This document shows positions 20,601 to 29,410 of a stretch of 64,000 bases of DNA, piece after piece. Made by a program: the position numbers and the translations under genes. Source of the stretch: Segetibacter sp. (GTDB taxonomy: Bacteria; Bacteroidota; Bacteroidia; Chitinophagales; Chitinophagaceae); contig JAQBNO010000174.1 in NCBI GenBank assembly GCA_028288485.1, positions 59,955 to 123,954 of the forward strand, written 5' to 3'. A model generated the notes under the pieces. It searched no databases. It saw only the letters and a program-made list of their open reading frames with translations, and was not told where the DNA came from. Numbering within the stretch: the stretch's first letter is position 1; each line of letters begins with the position of its first letter.

Positions 20601-21015
20601 TCTTCCACGGACCTGGTCTTCCTGCAACTCCGGCACCAGCAGTTACATCTTCAAATTGCATTTTCCCTTTATTCAGGTACAATTTGTTATCCACCATATT
20701 ACCTGTAAAATAAAGGTCGTCCAATCCATCACCGTTAACATCTCCTGTACTTACGCCGCCGCCGTTGTAGAAATACTCATAAATCAACACGTTCGTATTT
20801 AAGCCTTCCTGGAGTTTGTTGTTGAAATCGACATGGGTTTGCGATGTTGGTAACAACGTAAATAGCGGAGTTGAAATGGTAGATTGTTCATCTTCCGGAG
20901 ATGGGTTTGTACAACTCATTATAGTTGTACAAACCGTTAACAGAAAGCAATAGATAAGAATGCATTTCTTCACCGGGCAAGTAATAATTGAAGGAATTTT
21001 GTGGGTTACGGGCAT
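17644..21015 (-). CDS. FG-GAP/VCBS-repeat protein with ASPIC/UnbV domain (CRTAC1 family)
   Basis: 1123 aa. Many D.N.DG..D calcium-type repeats (DVNGDGLDD, DYDNDGDLD, DLDNDGDLD..). UnbV-like block ..KVSIFHRGKKQYLEQNPIKGFQSSVSTTLHFGLGK..V.VVW. Confidence 0.8.
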   Translation of the reverse strand: MPVTHKIPSIITCPVKKCILIYCFLLTVCTTIMSCTNPSPEDEQSTISTPLFTLLPTSQTHVDFNNKLQEGLNTNVLIYEYFYNGGGVSTGDVNGDGLDDLYFTGNMVDNKLYLNKGKMQFEDVTAGAGVAGRPGPWKTGVTMVDINADGKKDIYISYSGKLRGPKRVKQLFINDGTDVNGVPHFTEQAQRYGLDDSSYTTQSVFFDYDNDGDLDVLFLNHSITRRTTLDESTIQELLKENDHVSGLKLLRNDNDHFNEVTQQAGIKSTVLSHGLGAATADINGDGLQDIYISNDYLEPDFLYINNGNGTFTDKLQKSLGHTSFFSMGNDVSDINNDGLNDIFSLDMLPEDNHRQKLLFAPDNYEKIDININSGFYHQFMSNMLHINNGNGTFSEIGQLSGISNTDWSWAPLFADYDNDGWKDLYVTNGYLRDYTNMDFLKYMGDYLQNKQVARTDLMELVNKMPSSNVSNYLFRNNGDLTFSDVGKTWGTDSASNSNGAAYADLDNDGDLDLVVNNINQPAFIYRNETNKQPNNHYLQVKLQGLGKNIDGFGTKVSIFHRGKKQYLEQNPIKGFQSSVSTTLHFGLGKENKVDSVKVVWLSGKEQVITEVKANQIITVQEKDAKPKKQLPEQMKTLFTEVSPPVAFTPATNPINDFKRQPLLVNPLSFSGPCLVKGDANGDGLEDIFVGGGSGKPGSIFLQQKNGAFTEKKQAAFAADKACEDADAVFFDANGDGFNDLYVAGGGYHHYLPDDAMLQDRLYLNDGKANFIKSEDALPVMRVSKSCVRASDINGDGFTDLFIGGRVIPGRYPETPASFLLINDGKGHFKDQVTAIAPMLQKIGMVTDAAWIDLNGDKKNDLIVVGEWMPITVFIDNNGKFENRTTDYFAKEYSGWWNKLSTGDFNHDGKPDFIIGNQGLNTQCKASDKEPAEMLYKDFDDNGSVDPILCFYIQGKSYPYVSRDELLDQMSIMRTRFTDYKSYADATLKDIFTEEELTGAKNLKANYLQTIYLESAANSQFQEKKLPVQVQYAPVYTITTMDYDNDGLEDLLFCGNINNARLRFGKYDANYGVLLKGDGKGNFSYINQKQSGFNIRGDVRSVLNINNILLVGINQQGVKAYKAR

Positions 21016-21031
21016 TTGAAAATAAAATTAG

Positions 21032-21174
21032 GCTTCTGTTGCGTCGCGCACTTCTACTTTTTGTAAATGTTGAGCTTGTTTAGTAGAATTTTAAAATATT
21101 CCGCCACTAAACAGGATCGTTACAATAGAGCCACAAGGAACAAAACGATGAACGGATTGCGACGCAACAAAAGC
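21032..21174. mobile_element. 143-bp MITE-like element with 16-bp terminal inverted repeats built from the core-B repeat
   Basis: Left end gcttctgttgcgtcgc and right end gcgacgcaacaaaagc match 15/16 as an inverted repeat. It has no coding capacity and is intergenic between susD and the CRTAC1-like gene. Confidence 0.55.
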
Positions 21175-21240
21175 TAAATTAAGATACGGGAGCTGGTATA
21201 AAAAGAAAAATAATACCAATTGAATACATTTATAAAAGCA

Positions 21241-21271
21241 AAAATCTATGCTATAAGTAACATAGATTTTT
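21241..21271. terminator. bidirectional hairpin terminator just downstream of the susD-like gene
   Basis: aaaatctatg-ctataagtaa-catagatttt with flanking A and T runs, 30 nt from the SusD stop. Confidence 0.6.
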
Positions 21272-21300
21272 GATAAGTCAAGCGGTACTAAGAATGGCTA

Positions 21301-23166
21301 TTAGTACCCCGGGTTTTGCTCTAACAGTTTATTTCGTTGCGTTTCACCCAGTGAAAACGGCCTGAAATACATTTTATCTAACCATCTCCTGTTTTCAAGG
21401 TCATTATTTATCACGGGCTTGTAGGTATAATCAAACTTCGTTTCATCCCTCCGATAAGGTACTGGTGCGGTAGCGCCGGCTTTCAGCCTTCCTTCTACCT
21501 GTATATATGTTGTTTTTCTGCCCAGCGTTTGTGGCGCAATCATCCAACGCCGCGCATCAAAATACCGTTGTTCTTCATATGCCATTTCTATGCGGCGTTC
21601 GTTTCGGTAACGCTGGCGTAGTGCATCGCCTGTCTCAGTCAAAGCAGGCATGCCAGCACGGAAACGAATCTTGTTTATCCAGGTGAGCGCCTCGGCATCC
21701 TCTCCTAACTCAATACAGGCTTCAGCATAATTGAAAATAGCTTCTGTGTAACGGAAGTAAGGCCAGGGTACATTCTGGCGCCCTGTATTGTCGCGAAGAG
21801 CCGGGTCGGGGTCAATAAACTTGCGGAAGTAATAACCGGTAAAGCTTCCATTCCAGTTTTCGATAGGGCCCTGGCGGGTGTCTAACCCTACAATCCGCGT
21901 ATTGCCGACAAAATAGGTTCCCGTTTGTATCTCATTGGCAGGATCTTCAGCTCTGCCACGTGGCTTCCAGGGTGCGCCGTCGTATAAGATGGATGCATAA
22001 AAACGGGGGTCCCGATTTTCGTATGGATCAGCTTTGTGAGTTGCATTATTCCAGTCAAAACGGGTACCATCCATCATCTCATAGTCATCTACCAACTCCT
22101 GGATAGGTGTATTTCCTGCCCAGTTATTATAACCATTAGGTCCGTTTCTAAGGCCATGTTGTTGTGCACCTTCCGCTCTTTCGGCAGTAAAGGTCCTTAC
22201 AAACAAGAATTCATTTGTTGTAGCTACAGCCGGATCTGCATCAGGATGCTTGCTTCCACCGCCCATAGCTATTGATAAATAATTTTTTCGGCCCTCATTA
22301 ACCGGTACCGGCCCGGCCAGATCTGTTTTATAGCCTGAGCCTGCCTCATCTAAAACTGCTTTTGCAGCAACTTTTGCAGCTTGCCAACGTGCTGTCTGAG
22401 CACCAGTCTTAAATCCGATTAATTCAAACTTCGGAAATTTACCAAGTACGTCGGGCGATTTCGCAGTTGCTTTAGCCATATCATGCAAATCACTTGCGTC
22501 ATATATTAATTGACGCGACTTTAAGGCCAGCACTGTAAGATCTGTAGCGCGGCCCCTTATCCTTGGTTTTCCTTTCAATAAAGCATAGGCTGCGTCACTT
22601 TCCTTTAAAATAAAATTGCTGACCTCTGCATAGGTGCTGCGTGCAACCAGATAATCTTCATTTAAGACGTATATTTTTGTAATAAGGGGAATGCCGCCAT
22701 AAAACCTCAGCAATTGGTGGTAATAATAAGCCCTGAGGAAACGGGCTTCCCCCATTAATCGATCTTTTAAAGCCTGATTTTCAAAGGTGGCTTTAGGCAG
22801 ATTCTCAATAGCAATATTCGCTGTACGGATAAAGTTGTACATGTCGAGAAAATTGGTGTGACGATTTTCCCAGCCCGGACTAGAAGGGTTTAAAATGCCC
22901 TGGTTGATGGTATTGATATTCCTTCCGGCATGGGTAAATATTGCCTCGTCAGATATTGAGGCAAGCATTTGTTCGTCAAAACCTCCCTCATATAACCCGC
23001 CATAAACACCGTTTACAAAAGCTTCTGCAAGGGCAGGGTCTTTCCAGGTTTCATCTGCCTGTACCTGTTCAAGCGGTAATGTATTTAAAAAGTCTTTTTT
23101 ACAAGCGGGAAGCATAGTGGCCGCAAGTAATAAAGTACATGCTGTTATTTGCGTTATCTTTTTCAT
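21301..23166 (-). CDS. susD: SusD/RagB-family nutrient-binding outer-membrane lipoprotein
   Basis: 621 aa with lipoprotein signal ..ATMLPACKKD. Ends in ..NPGY, and carries the TPR-like RFLRAYYYHQLLRFYGGIPL motif. It lies immediately downstream of the SusC-like gene. Confidence 0.9.
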   Translation of the reverse strand: MKKITQITACTLLLAATMLPACKKDFLNTLPLEQVQADETWKDPALAEAFVNGVYGGLYEGGFDEQMLASISDEAIFTHAGRNINTINQGILNPSSPGWENRHTNFLDMYNFIRTANIAIENLPKATFENQALKDRLMGEARFLRAYYYHQLLRFYGGIPLITKIYVLNEDYLVARSTYAEVSNFILKESDAAYALLKGKPRIRGRATDLTVLALKSRQLIYDASDLHDMAKATAKSPDVLGKFPKFELIGFKTGAQTARWQAAKVAAKAVLDEAGSGYKTDLAGPVPVNEGRKNYLSIAMGGGSKHPDADPAVATTNEFLFVRTFTAERAEGAQQHGLRNGPNGYNNWAGNTPIQELVDDYEMMDGTRFDWNNATHKADPYENRDPRFYASILYDGAPWKPRGRAEDPANEIQTGTYFVGNTRIVGLDTRQGPIENWNGSFTGYYFRKFIDPDPALRDNTGRQNVPWPYFRYTEAIFNYAEACIELGEDAEALTWINKIRFRAGMPALTETGDALRQRYRNERRIEMAYEEQRYFDARRWMIAPQTLGRKTTYIQVEGRLKAGATAPVPYRRDETKFDYTYKPVINNDLENRRWLDKMYFRPFSLGETQRNKLLEQNPGY

Positions 23167-23175
23167 TGTCGTATT

Positions 23176-26100
23176 TTAAAAGGTTACCCGTACTCCGGTG
23201 TTGATAATTCTGGAATTAGGATAGGCATATCCGTTTTCTGCAGTTGCCTCAGGATCCCATATACCCAGTTCATCCCATGTAAGAAGGTTGAGCCCGCTAA
23301 CATACAAGCGAAACCGGCTAATGCCGATTTTCTGTCCGACATTGGGGCCAAGGGTGTACCCAAACTCGAAGTTTTTAAACCGTATATAATCGTTTTTTCT
23401 TAGCCAATATGTATTGTTTCGAAAAGCACTTGTATAATACCTGTTTGTTCTGCTAACCAGTCTTGGATGTTCGCTGCTGGGATTTTCGACAGACCAACGG
23501 TTGTTATAACTATACTCCAGCCAGTTGCCGAATTCGCCTGTCTCATTAAAGTTTAAGATTTGTAAACCACCGGCTGCGCCCTGGAAGAGAAGGGAGAGAT
23601 CAAAATTTTTGTACCCGAGGTTTATGTTAATACCGCCGGTAAAGCGAGGGTCGCGGGTTTTATCCAACCGTACTGCATCTAAATCAGTTATTTTGCCATC
23701 CGGCACACCAGCAGCTCCGCTTACATCTTTAAATTTCATATCTCCAGGTCTTAAATTGCTTTCTGCAGCTCCATAATCGATTGTGTTTGCTGCAATGTCT
23801 TTCTCATCTCTAAACACTCCATCATACTGAAAGGCCAGGTAAGCATACCCATTAGTGCCAAAAGGATGACCTGTTGCACGCTGGTGTGCTGGAACACCTG
23901 GATTTTCGTCCCAGAATTTCACCTGGTTTTTCGAGTATCCTCCGTTAACACTTACGCTATAAGTTAATTCATTAACACGGCCGTTATAGCCTACTCTAAA
24001 CTCCCAGCCTTTGTTTTCGACCTGCCCCGCGTTGACTGGCGGAAGCAGACCGGTTATGCCGCTGCTTTGAGGTGTCGATCCTGCCCTTTGTATGAGGATC
24101 TGTTTACGCTGGTTGTTGAAAACATCGAACTCGAAAGAAACCTTGTTATTGAACAGGGAGCCTTCAAGACCTAAGTTTGCGTTATTTGCCACCTCCCAGG
24201 TAAAATCGAGATTCGGTACCCGTAGCTCCGTAAGGGTGCGGGCTATTTGGTTGTTAAGTATATACGAGCCCGATAATGAATAAGTTGATAAATAAGCATA
24301 GTCTGCCAGGTTCAGGCGGTCGTTACCCATTTGCCCGTAAGATGCACGCAGTTTTAAGGAGTTGATGAAGTTTACATTTTTTAAGAAATTTTCTTTAGAA
24401 ATGTTCCATCCTACTAATACACCTGGGAAAAAGCCAAAACGCTTGTCTTCCGGGAAAATATACGATCCGTCGTACCGCCACACAAATTCAGCGAGGTATT
24501 TCTCCTGGAAGTTATAATTAACGCGACCGAAATAACTTAGACGAGCTTGTTTGCCGAATATGCTGGTACTGAGATTTGTAGTATTGCCAATATCCTGTTG
24601 TGTAGTTCCACCCACCAGAAGCTGGTCAACAGCAGGGGAGATAAAGTTGCGCCTATAGGCAAAGAAATTATCACCGCTTCTTGTTTCCTTTTGTATACCG
24701 GCCAGAAGTGCAATGGTATGATCGTCACCAATCTTACGATCATAGTTAGCCAGTCCTGTAAGTGCAATCCTTAGCTCTTCTTCATCCTGGTGTCTTAGCA
24801 TAGGATCGGTGAAGGTAGAACGTACCGTTCTGGTAAGTTTTGGTGTTGTGCCATCCGGTTCGTATGTAATCTTATCCCACGTGTATAAAGACCATGGAGT
24901 CTGCCACACTTTAGTGCGGGCAACAAATTTATCGACAGCCCCCTGCAGTGTAAACTTCAAACCTTCAACCCACGGGTTGCGTATTTCCACCTGCCCATTT
25001 GTTTGAAAATAATCACGGCGGTTTCTGTTATAACCGGTGGCTCCTGTGGTAACCACTACCGGATTTTGGCCGTTTTCAATATCAGGCCCTGGCAATCCAT
25101 TTGGCCAAACAGCAACTTCTGTAGGTTTCCCGCGTATCAACATTCTAAAAATATCACCTGCTCCTACCGTTGGGAAAAAACGATACTCTTCACGAGCCGT
25201 TAAGCCTATTGTTGTGTTTATATACTTATTTACCCGGGCATCAAGGTTAATACGCAAATCGTATTGCTTATACCCTGTTGCAGAATTCTTGTAATAAGCA
25301 TCCTGGTCTTGGTAATGTAGGGTTGAAAGGAACCGTACTGCCTCCGTACCACCACTTATTTGCAAAGTATGGTCCTGCTGACCTGACCAGTTTTTGAAAA
25401 CAGATTTGTACCAATCTGTATTGGGATGCGTTAATCGGCTGGAACCATCGCGGAATTTTTGAAGGTCCGCCGGGGTGTAAAATGAATTGACTATTTGTCC
25501 ATTGTCGGTGCGGGTATAGGTTCCGTTATTTTTAAATGCATTCCACCCTGCCGACCATTGCTGGTAAGGCACATTACTAAATAAGACCTGTTCGTTGAGT
25601 AATTCTGCGTACTGGGAAGAATTGCCCATTTTAGGTATGACAGTTGGTTGCAGCCATGCATTGTTAAAATCGTACGATACCGTCGGCTTACCGGTTTTGC
25701 CCTGTTTAGTAGTAATTAAGATAACACCATTGGCTGCTCTTGCTCCGTAAATAGCGCCCGATGCGTCTTTTAATACCGACATGCTTTCTATATCGGCAGG
25801 GTTCAGACGGTCCAGTCCACCGGCGCGGTCGGGCACACCGTCTATTACTATCAATGGACCACTGTTACCTAGTGTATTGGTACCGCGGATACGAATGGTA
25901 GAGCCATCAAAACCAGGTTCGCCACCTGCTTGTATAGCTGTTACACCTGGTAAACGCCCAGCTAGTGAATTAGAAAGATTCGTTGTTGGGGACTTATCCA
26001 ATTCAGAACCTCTTACAGCTGTAACCGAACCGGTGACCGTTACCTTTTTCTGCACGCCATAACCCACAACTACCACATCTGTCAATTGCTGGGTTGTTGG

Positions 26101-26454
26101 CACCATTTGTATTATGATACTTGATCTGTCCCCCACTTTAACTTCCTGAGAAGCAAAGCCCACATTGCTAACAACCAGGGTAGCGTTAGATGGAGCGGTG
26201 ATAGTAAAATTTCCATTTTGGTCGGTTTGAGTAGCGGCAGTTCCACCTTTTACCTGGATAGTCACGGCCTGTAAGGCTGTGTCTCCTGAAGCAACTCGTC
26301 CCGTAATTCGTTGTTGAGCAAAAAGCGTTGAAGAAAATGACAGTGAAAATAGAATAAAGTAAAACACTATTTTTTTAAAAAAACTCCTCTTGTCCGGGAG
26401 AAAAAATGAAGAATAACCACATGTTCGCGGCAGGGTAAATTTCATGGCAATCAA
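23176..26454 (-). CDS. susC: SusC/RagA-family TonB-dependent outer-membrane transporter
   Basis: 1092 aa. Carboxypeptidase-regulatory-like N-domain (ITGRVASGDT..), TonB-box/plug (VVVGYG.QKK..TGSV) and a C-terminal ..TGVRVTF barrel end. Confidence 0.9.
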   Translation of the reverse strand: MIAMKFTLPRTCGYSSFFLPDKRSFFKKIVFYFILFSLSFSSTLFAQQRITGRVASGDTALQAVTIQVKGGTAATQTDQNGNFTITAPSNATLVVSNVGFASQEVKVGDRSSIIIQMVPTTQQLTDVVVVGYGVQKKVTVTGSVTAVRGSELDKSPTTNLSNSLAGRLPGVTAIQAGGEPGFDGSTIRIRGTNTLGNSGPLIVIDGVPDRAGGLDRLNPADIESMSVLKDASGAIYGARAANGVILITTKQGKTGKPTVSYDFNNAWLQPTVIPKMGNSSQYAELLNEQVLFSNVPYQQWSAGWNAFKNNGTYTRTDNGQIVNSFYTPADLQKFRDGSSRLTHPNTDWYKSVFKNWSGQQDHTLQISGGTEAVRFLSTLHYQDQDAYYKNSATGYKQYDLRINLDARVNKYINTTIGLTAREEYRFFPTVGAGDIFRMLIRGKPTEVAVWPNGLPGPDIENGQNPVVVTTGATGYNRNRRDYFQTNGQVEIRNPWVEGLKFTLQGAVDKFVARTKVWQTPWSLYTWDKITYEPDGTTPKLTRTVRSTFTDPMLRHQDEEELRIALTGLANYDRKIGDDHTIALLAGIQKETRSGDNFFAYRRNFISPAVDQLLVGGTTQQDIGNTTNLSTSIFGKQARLSYFGRVNYNFQEKYLAEFVWRYDGSYIFPEDKRFGFFPGVLVGWNISKENFLKNVNFINSLKLRASYGQMGNDRLNLADYAYLSTYSLSGSYILNNQIARTLTELRVPNLDFTWEVANNANLGLEGSLFNNKVSFEFDVFNNQRKQILIQRAGSTPQSSGITGLLPPVNAGQVENKGWEFRVGYNGRVNELTYSVSVNGGYSKNQVKFWDENPGVPAHQRATGHPFGTNGYAYLAFQYDGVFRDEKDIAANTIDYGAAESNLRPGDMKFKDVSGAAGVPDGKITDLDAVRLDKTRDPRFTGGININLGYKNFDLSLLFQGAAGGLQILNFNETGEFGNWLEYSYNNRWSVENPSSEHPRLVSRTNRYYTSAFRNNTYWLRKNDYIRFKNFEFGYTLGPNVGQKIGISRFRLYVSGLNLLTWDELGIWDPEATAENGYAYPNSRIINTGVRVTF

Positions 26455-26658
26455 GTTTTGTTTTGTTAGAGTTATATGGACACATAAATATATACGTATA
26501 TTATATCACTACAAAAAAATTGTTAAAGGTGTTAACAGTCTGCACTAATGAGAACGCAAAAAACAATTTTTGCTTAATGGCAGGGGCCAGTGATAAAAAG
26601 GACAATAGCTGATAAGGGCATTTTATCAGAAGTTGAAAATAGTAATTACTCTTTAAAC

Positions 26659-26689
26659 AAAAATACCGGTGATCGACACCGGTATTTTA
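26659..26689. terminator. bidirectional hairpin terminator downstream of the M20 peptidase gene
   Basis: ataccggtg-atcga-caccggtat flanked by an A-run and a T-run. Confidence 0.55.
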
Positions 26690-26706
26690 CTAGAAATAAA
26701 AAAGAA

Positions 26707-28086
26707 CTATCCTTTCAGTTCAGCAAAATACTGGTGGAAGTAAGGAATGGTTTCTATGCCTTTATAGAAGTTAGCAAGGTCAAACTTTTCATTTGGGCTA
26801 TGAAGGTTGTCACTATCTAAGCCGAATCCGAGGAAAACTGTTTTAAGGCCAAGAACACTTTCAAACAACGAGGTGATTGGAATGCTACCGCCACCGCGAA
26901 CAGGGATGGGTAGTTTCCCAAAAGTTGTTTCAATAGCTTTAGATGCTGCCTGGTATTCAATACTGTCAACAGGTGTTAAATAAGGGTCGCCACCGTGATG
27001 TTCCATAGCCTTAACTGTTACACAAGGAGGAGCGGATTTTTCAATATGATTGATTAGCAATTTCGTCATTTTTGCGCTTGTTTGATTAGGAACAAGCCTG
27101 CAGCTGATTTTTGCAAAAGCTTTGCCTGGAAGTACAGTCTTCGCACCTTCTCCTGTATATCCACCCCAAATTCCATTCACTTCCAGCGTAGGACGAATGC
27201 CGGTTCTTTCATTCGTAGTATAGCCTTTTTCGCCCCATAATTCTTTTACCCCCAGATCTTTTTTGTATTCATCATCATCATACGGCGCTTTGGCCATTTC
27301 TCTCCGTTCAGCTTCACTCGATTCAAGTACATCGTCGTAGAAACCGGGAATGGTAATGTGATTATTTTCATCATGAAGACTTGCAATCATCTTCGCAAGA
27401 ATAGTAATAGGGTTCGCCACTGCCCCTCCATAAACCCCACTATGCAAATCCCGGTTTGGGCCCGTTACTTCCACTTCAATATAAGTAAGACCGCGAACGC
27501 CTACATCTATACTTGGATTTTGCAGGCTGAGCATTGCAGTGTCACTAATTAAAATGACATCAGCCTGCAGCATTTCTTTTTTCTCTTTTATGAAAGTTCC
27601 CAGGTTCGGGCTGCCAACTTCTTCTTCACCCTCTATGATGAATTTGAAATTAGTAACAAGGCTGTTAGTTTGAACCATGGTTTCAAAGGCTTTTATGTGC
27701 ATATAAAACTGCCCTTTATCGTCGCATGATCCCCTTGCAAAAATTTTTCCGTCTTTAATCACCGGCTCAAAAGGGCCGCTGTGCCAGAGCTCTAAAGGAT
27801 CCGGGGGTTGTACATCATAATGGCCGTAAACCAGGACAGTCGGTTTCGATGGATCTGTGATCTTTTCTGCGTAAACAACCGGATACCCTGCAGTTTGAAA
27901 AATTTCTGCTTTATCTGCTCCGGCCTGAATTAATCTTTCTTTCACTGCCTCGGCGCAAGCCGTCATATCACCTTTATGCTCGCTCCTGGCACTTATACTT
28001 GGTATGCGAAGCAAATCCAAAAGTTCATTTAAAAAACGGTCTTTATTTTGAAGTTGAAATTCTTTCCAGGCTTCCATGAGCGTCAA
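26707..28086 (-). CDS. M20-family dipeptidase
   Basis: 459 aa. Motifs LLRIPSISA, VLVYGHYDVQP, ARGSCDDKGQ and IIEGEEEVGS (metal ligands of M20/ArgE/DapE-type enzymes). Confidence 0.8.
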   Translation of the reverse strand: MTLMEAWKEFQLQNKDRFLNELLDLLRIPSISARSEHKGDMTACAEAVKERLIQAGADKAEIFQTAGYPVVYAEKITDPSKPTVLVYGHYDVQPPDPLELWHSGPFEPVIKDGKIFARGSCDDKGQFYMHIKAFETMVQTNSLVTNFKFIIEGEEEVGSPNLGTFIKEKKEMLQADVILISDTAMLSLQNPSIDVGVRGLTYIEVEVTGPNRDLHSGVYGGAVANPITILAKMIASLHDENNHITIPGFYDDVLESSEAERREMAKAPYDDDEYKKDLGVKELWGEKGYTTNERTGIRPTLEVNGIWGGYTGEGAKTVLPGKAFAKISCRLVPNQTSAKMTKLLINHIEKSAPPCVTVKAMEHHGGDPYLTPVDSIEYQAASKAIETTFGKLPIPVRGGGSIPITSLFESVLGLKTVFLGFGLDSDNLHSPNEKFDLANFYKGIETIPYFHQYFAELKG

Positions 28087-28308
28087 ATATTTTAAATAAA
28101 TAGAAAGTGTTGAAATGCGTGAGCGAATATAGCGAGGAAATATAATGCGGGTATTGATGGAATAAAATAAGATGCAGTTGGGTAACAGATATAAAAAGCA
28201 ACCATAGAATTTAAATACCGAATATTACGAGAATGGGGACGTTTATAATGTAATAAAGCAGAAATTTGATCTTTACAACAATTACCAATATTTAAAAATT
28301 AAAGCTGC

Positions 28309-28965
28309 ATGAAAACATCTTATTTATCGTTAAGCCTCGCCGCATTAACTACGTTCGTCTTTACACAATGTAAAAAAGACGACGCCGGCCCCGCACCTGT
28401 AAATTTCAGTCCTCTTACCACCAGCAGTAGCTGGACCTACAAATATACCGAAGGAAGCAGGGCTGCTACTACATTCAGGTTAACTGCTCTTAATAAGGAT
28501 ACAATTGTGGCAAGTGGCAAAACTTATAAAGTTTTGACCAGCTCCGATGGCGGCCCCAACAATTATTTGGGTAAGGACGGCAGCAACTATTATCGTTTTG
28601 CATCGTTTCCATCGTTAGGTATAAATAATTTCGAAGAACTTTATTTAAAAGATAACGAATCGGTAAATGGAAAATGGACAGGCGAAGCTAATATTAATTA
28701 TATGGGTGCTGCGTTAAAAGCTAATCTGGTTTATACGATAAAAGGAAAAGGCGAAAGTCGTACCGTACTTGGTAAGGCGTATAATAATGTAGTTTATGTG
28801 CGGTTGGATATAGCTTTATTTGGTTCTAATGCAGGTGGCGGAGATTTTTATTATGCAGAAGGTATAGGAATGATAGAAAATACTATTCTGGTTACACCGC
28901 CACCAATTACGGGAGGGCAACCATATTCTTCTCACCAGGAATTAGTTTCGCATGAAATAAAGTAG
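28309..28965 (+). CDS. lipoprotein of unknown function
   Basis: 218 aa with lipobox ..TFVFTQCKKDD. I recognised no family. Confidence 0.5.
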   Translation: MKTSYLSLSLAALTTFVFTQCKKDDAGPAPVNFSPLTTSSSWTYKYTEGSRAATTFRLTALNKDTIVASGKTYKVLTSSDGGPNNYLGKDGSNYYRFASFPSLGINNFEELYLKDNESVNGKWTGEANINYMGAALKANLVYTIKGKGESRTVLGKAYNNVVYVRLDIALFGSNAGGGDFYYAEGIGMIENTILVTPPPITGGQPYSSHQELVSHEIK

Positions 28966-28990
28966 GGGGCCACCATTTTTGTATTAACAC

Positions 28991-29031
28991 CATGTTTATT
29001 AATCGCCTCGATTAATAAACATGTTTTTTTT
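28991..29031 (+). terminator. rho-independent terminator
   Basis: Perfect 15-bp stem catgtttattaatcg/cgattaataaacatg, a 3-nt loop and a T8 tail. Confidence 0.6.
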
Positions 29032-29058
29032 GAAGCCGGCATTGGAGTTTCTATTAAA

Positions 29059-29082
29059 CATCCTTGCGTCGCACTCTTGTAC
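29059..29082 (+). repeat. core-B repeat copy
   Basis: catccttgcgtcgcactcttgtac. Confidence 0.7.
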
Positions 29083-29410
29083 TTTAACAATCAAACTAAC
29101 AAGTCAATTTTATGTCGTTTAAGCCTGCAGGAATTGGATTGTTATTGATCACCCTTCCGTCGCTCTACCAATTCTATTACAGTAATATTCAGAGAAAAAA
29201 ATTGAAAAATGATTGGTCGAAAAAAAATTCGAAGAGCATACACATTATGAAAACATTAAATGCAATTAAAATGAGATTAATATGTGCAGGTTTCAAAAAA
29301 TCAATTTTGTAATTATAAACATTTTACTACATTTGCTACACGATTGCGCGATTGCTATCTATCAGCCTCTGCAGGATTTTCATTAGGAGATTCTACAGGG
29401 GCTGAGCCAA

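Noticed and set aside
29112-29312. 66-aa ORF with one hydrophobic segment in the 445-bp spacer upstream of the CDF gene
   Set aside because: It has a K/N-rich low-complexity tail, no start-site context and no recognisable family. I cannot tell it from a chance ORF without conservation data.
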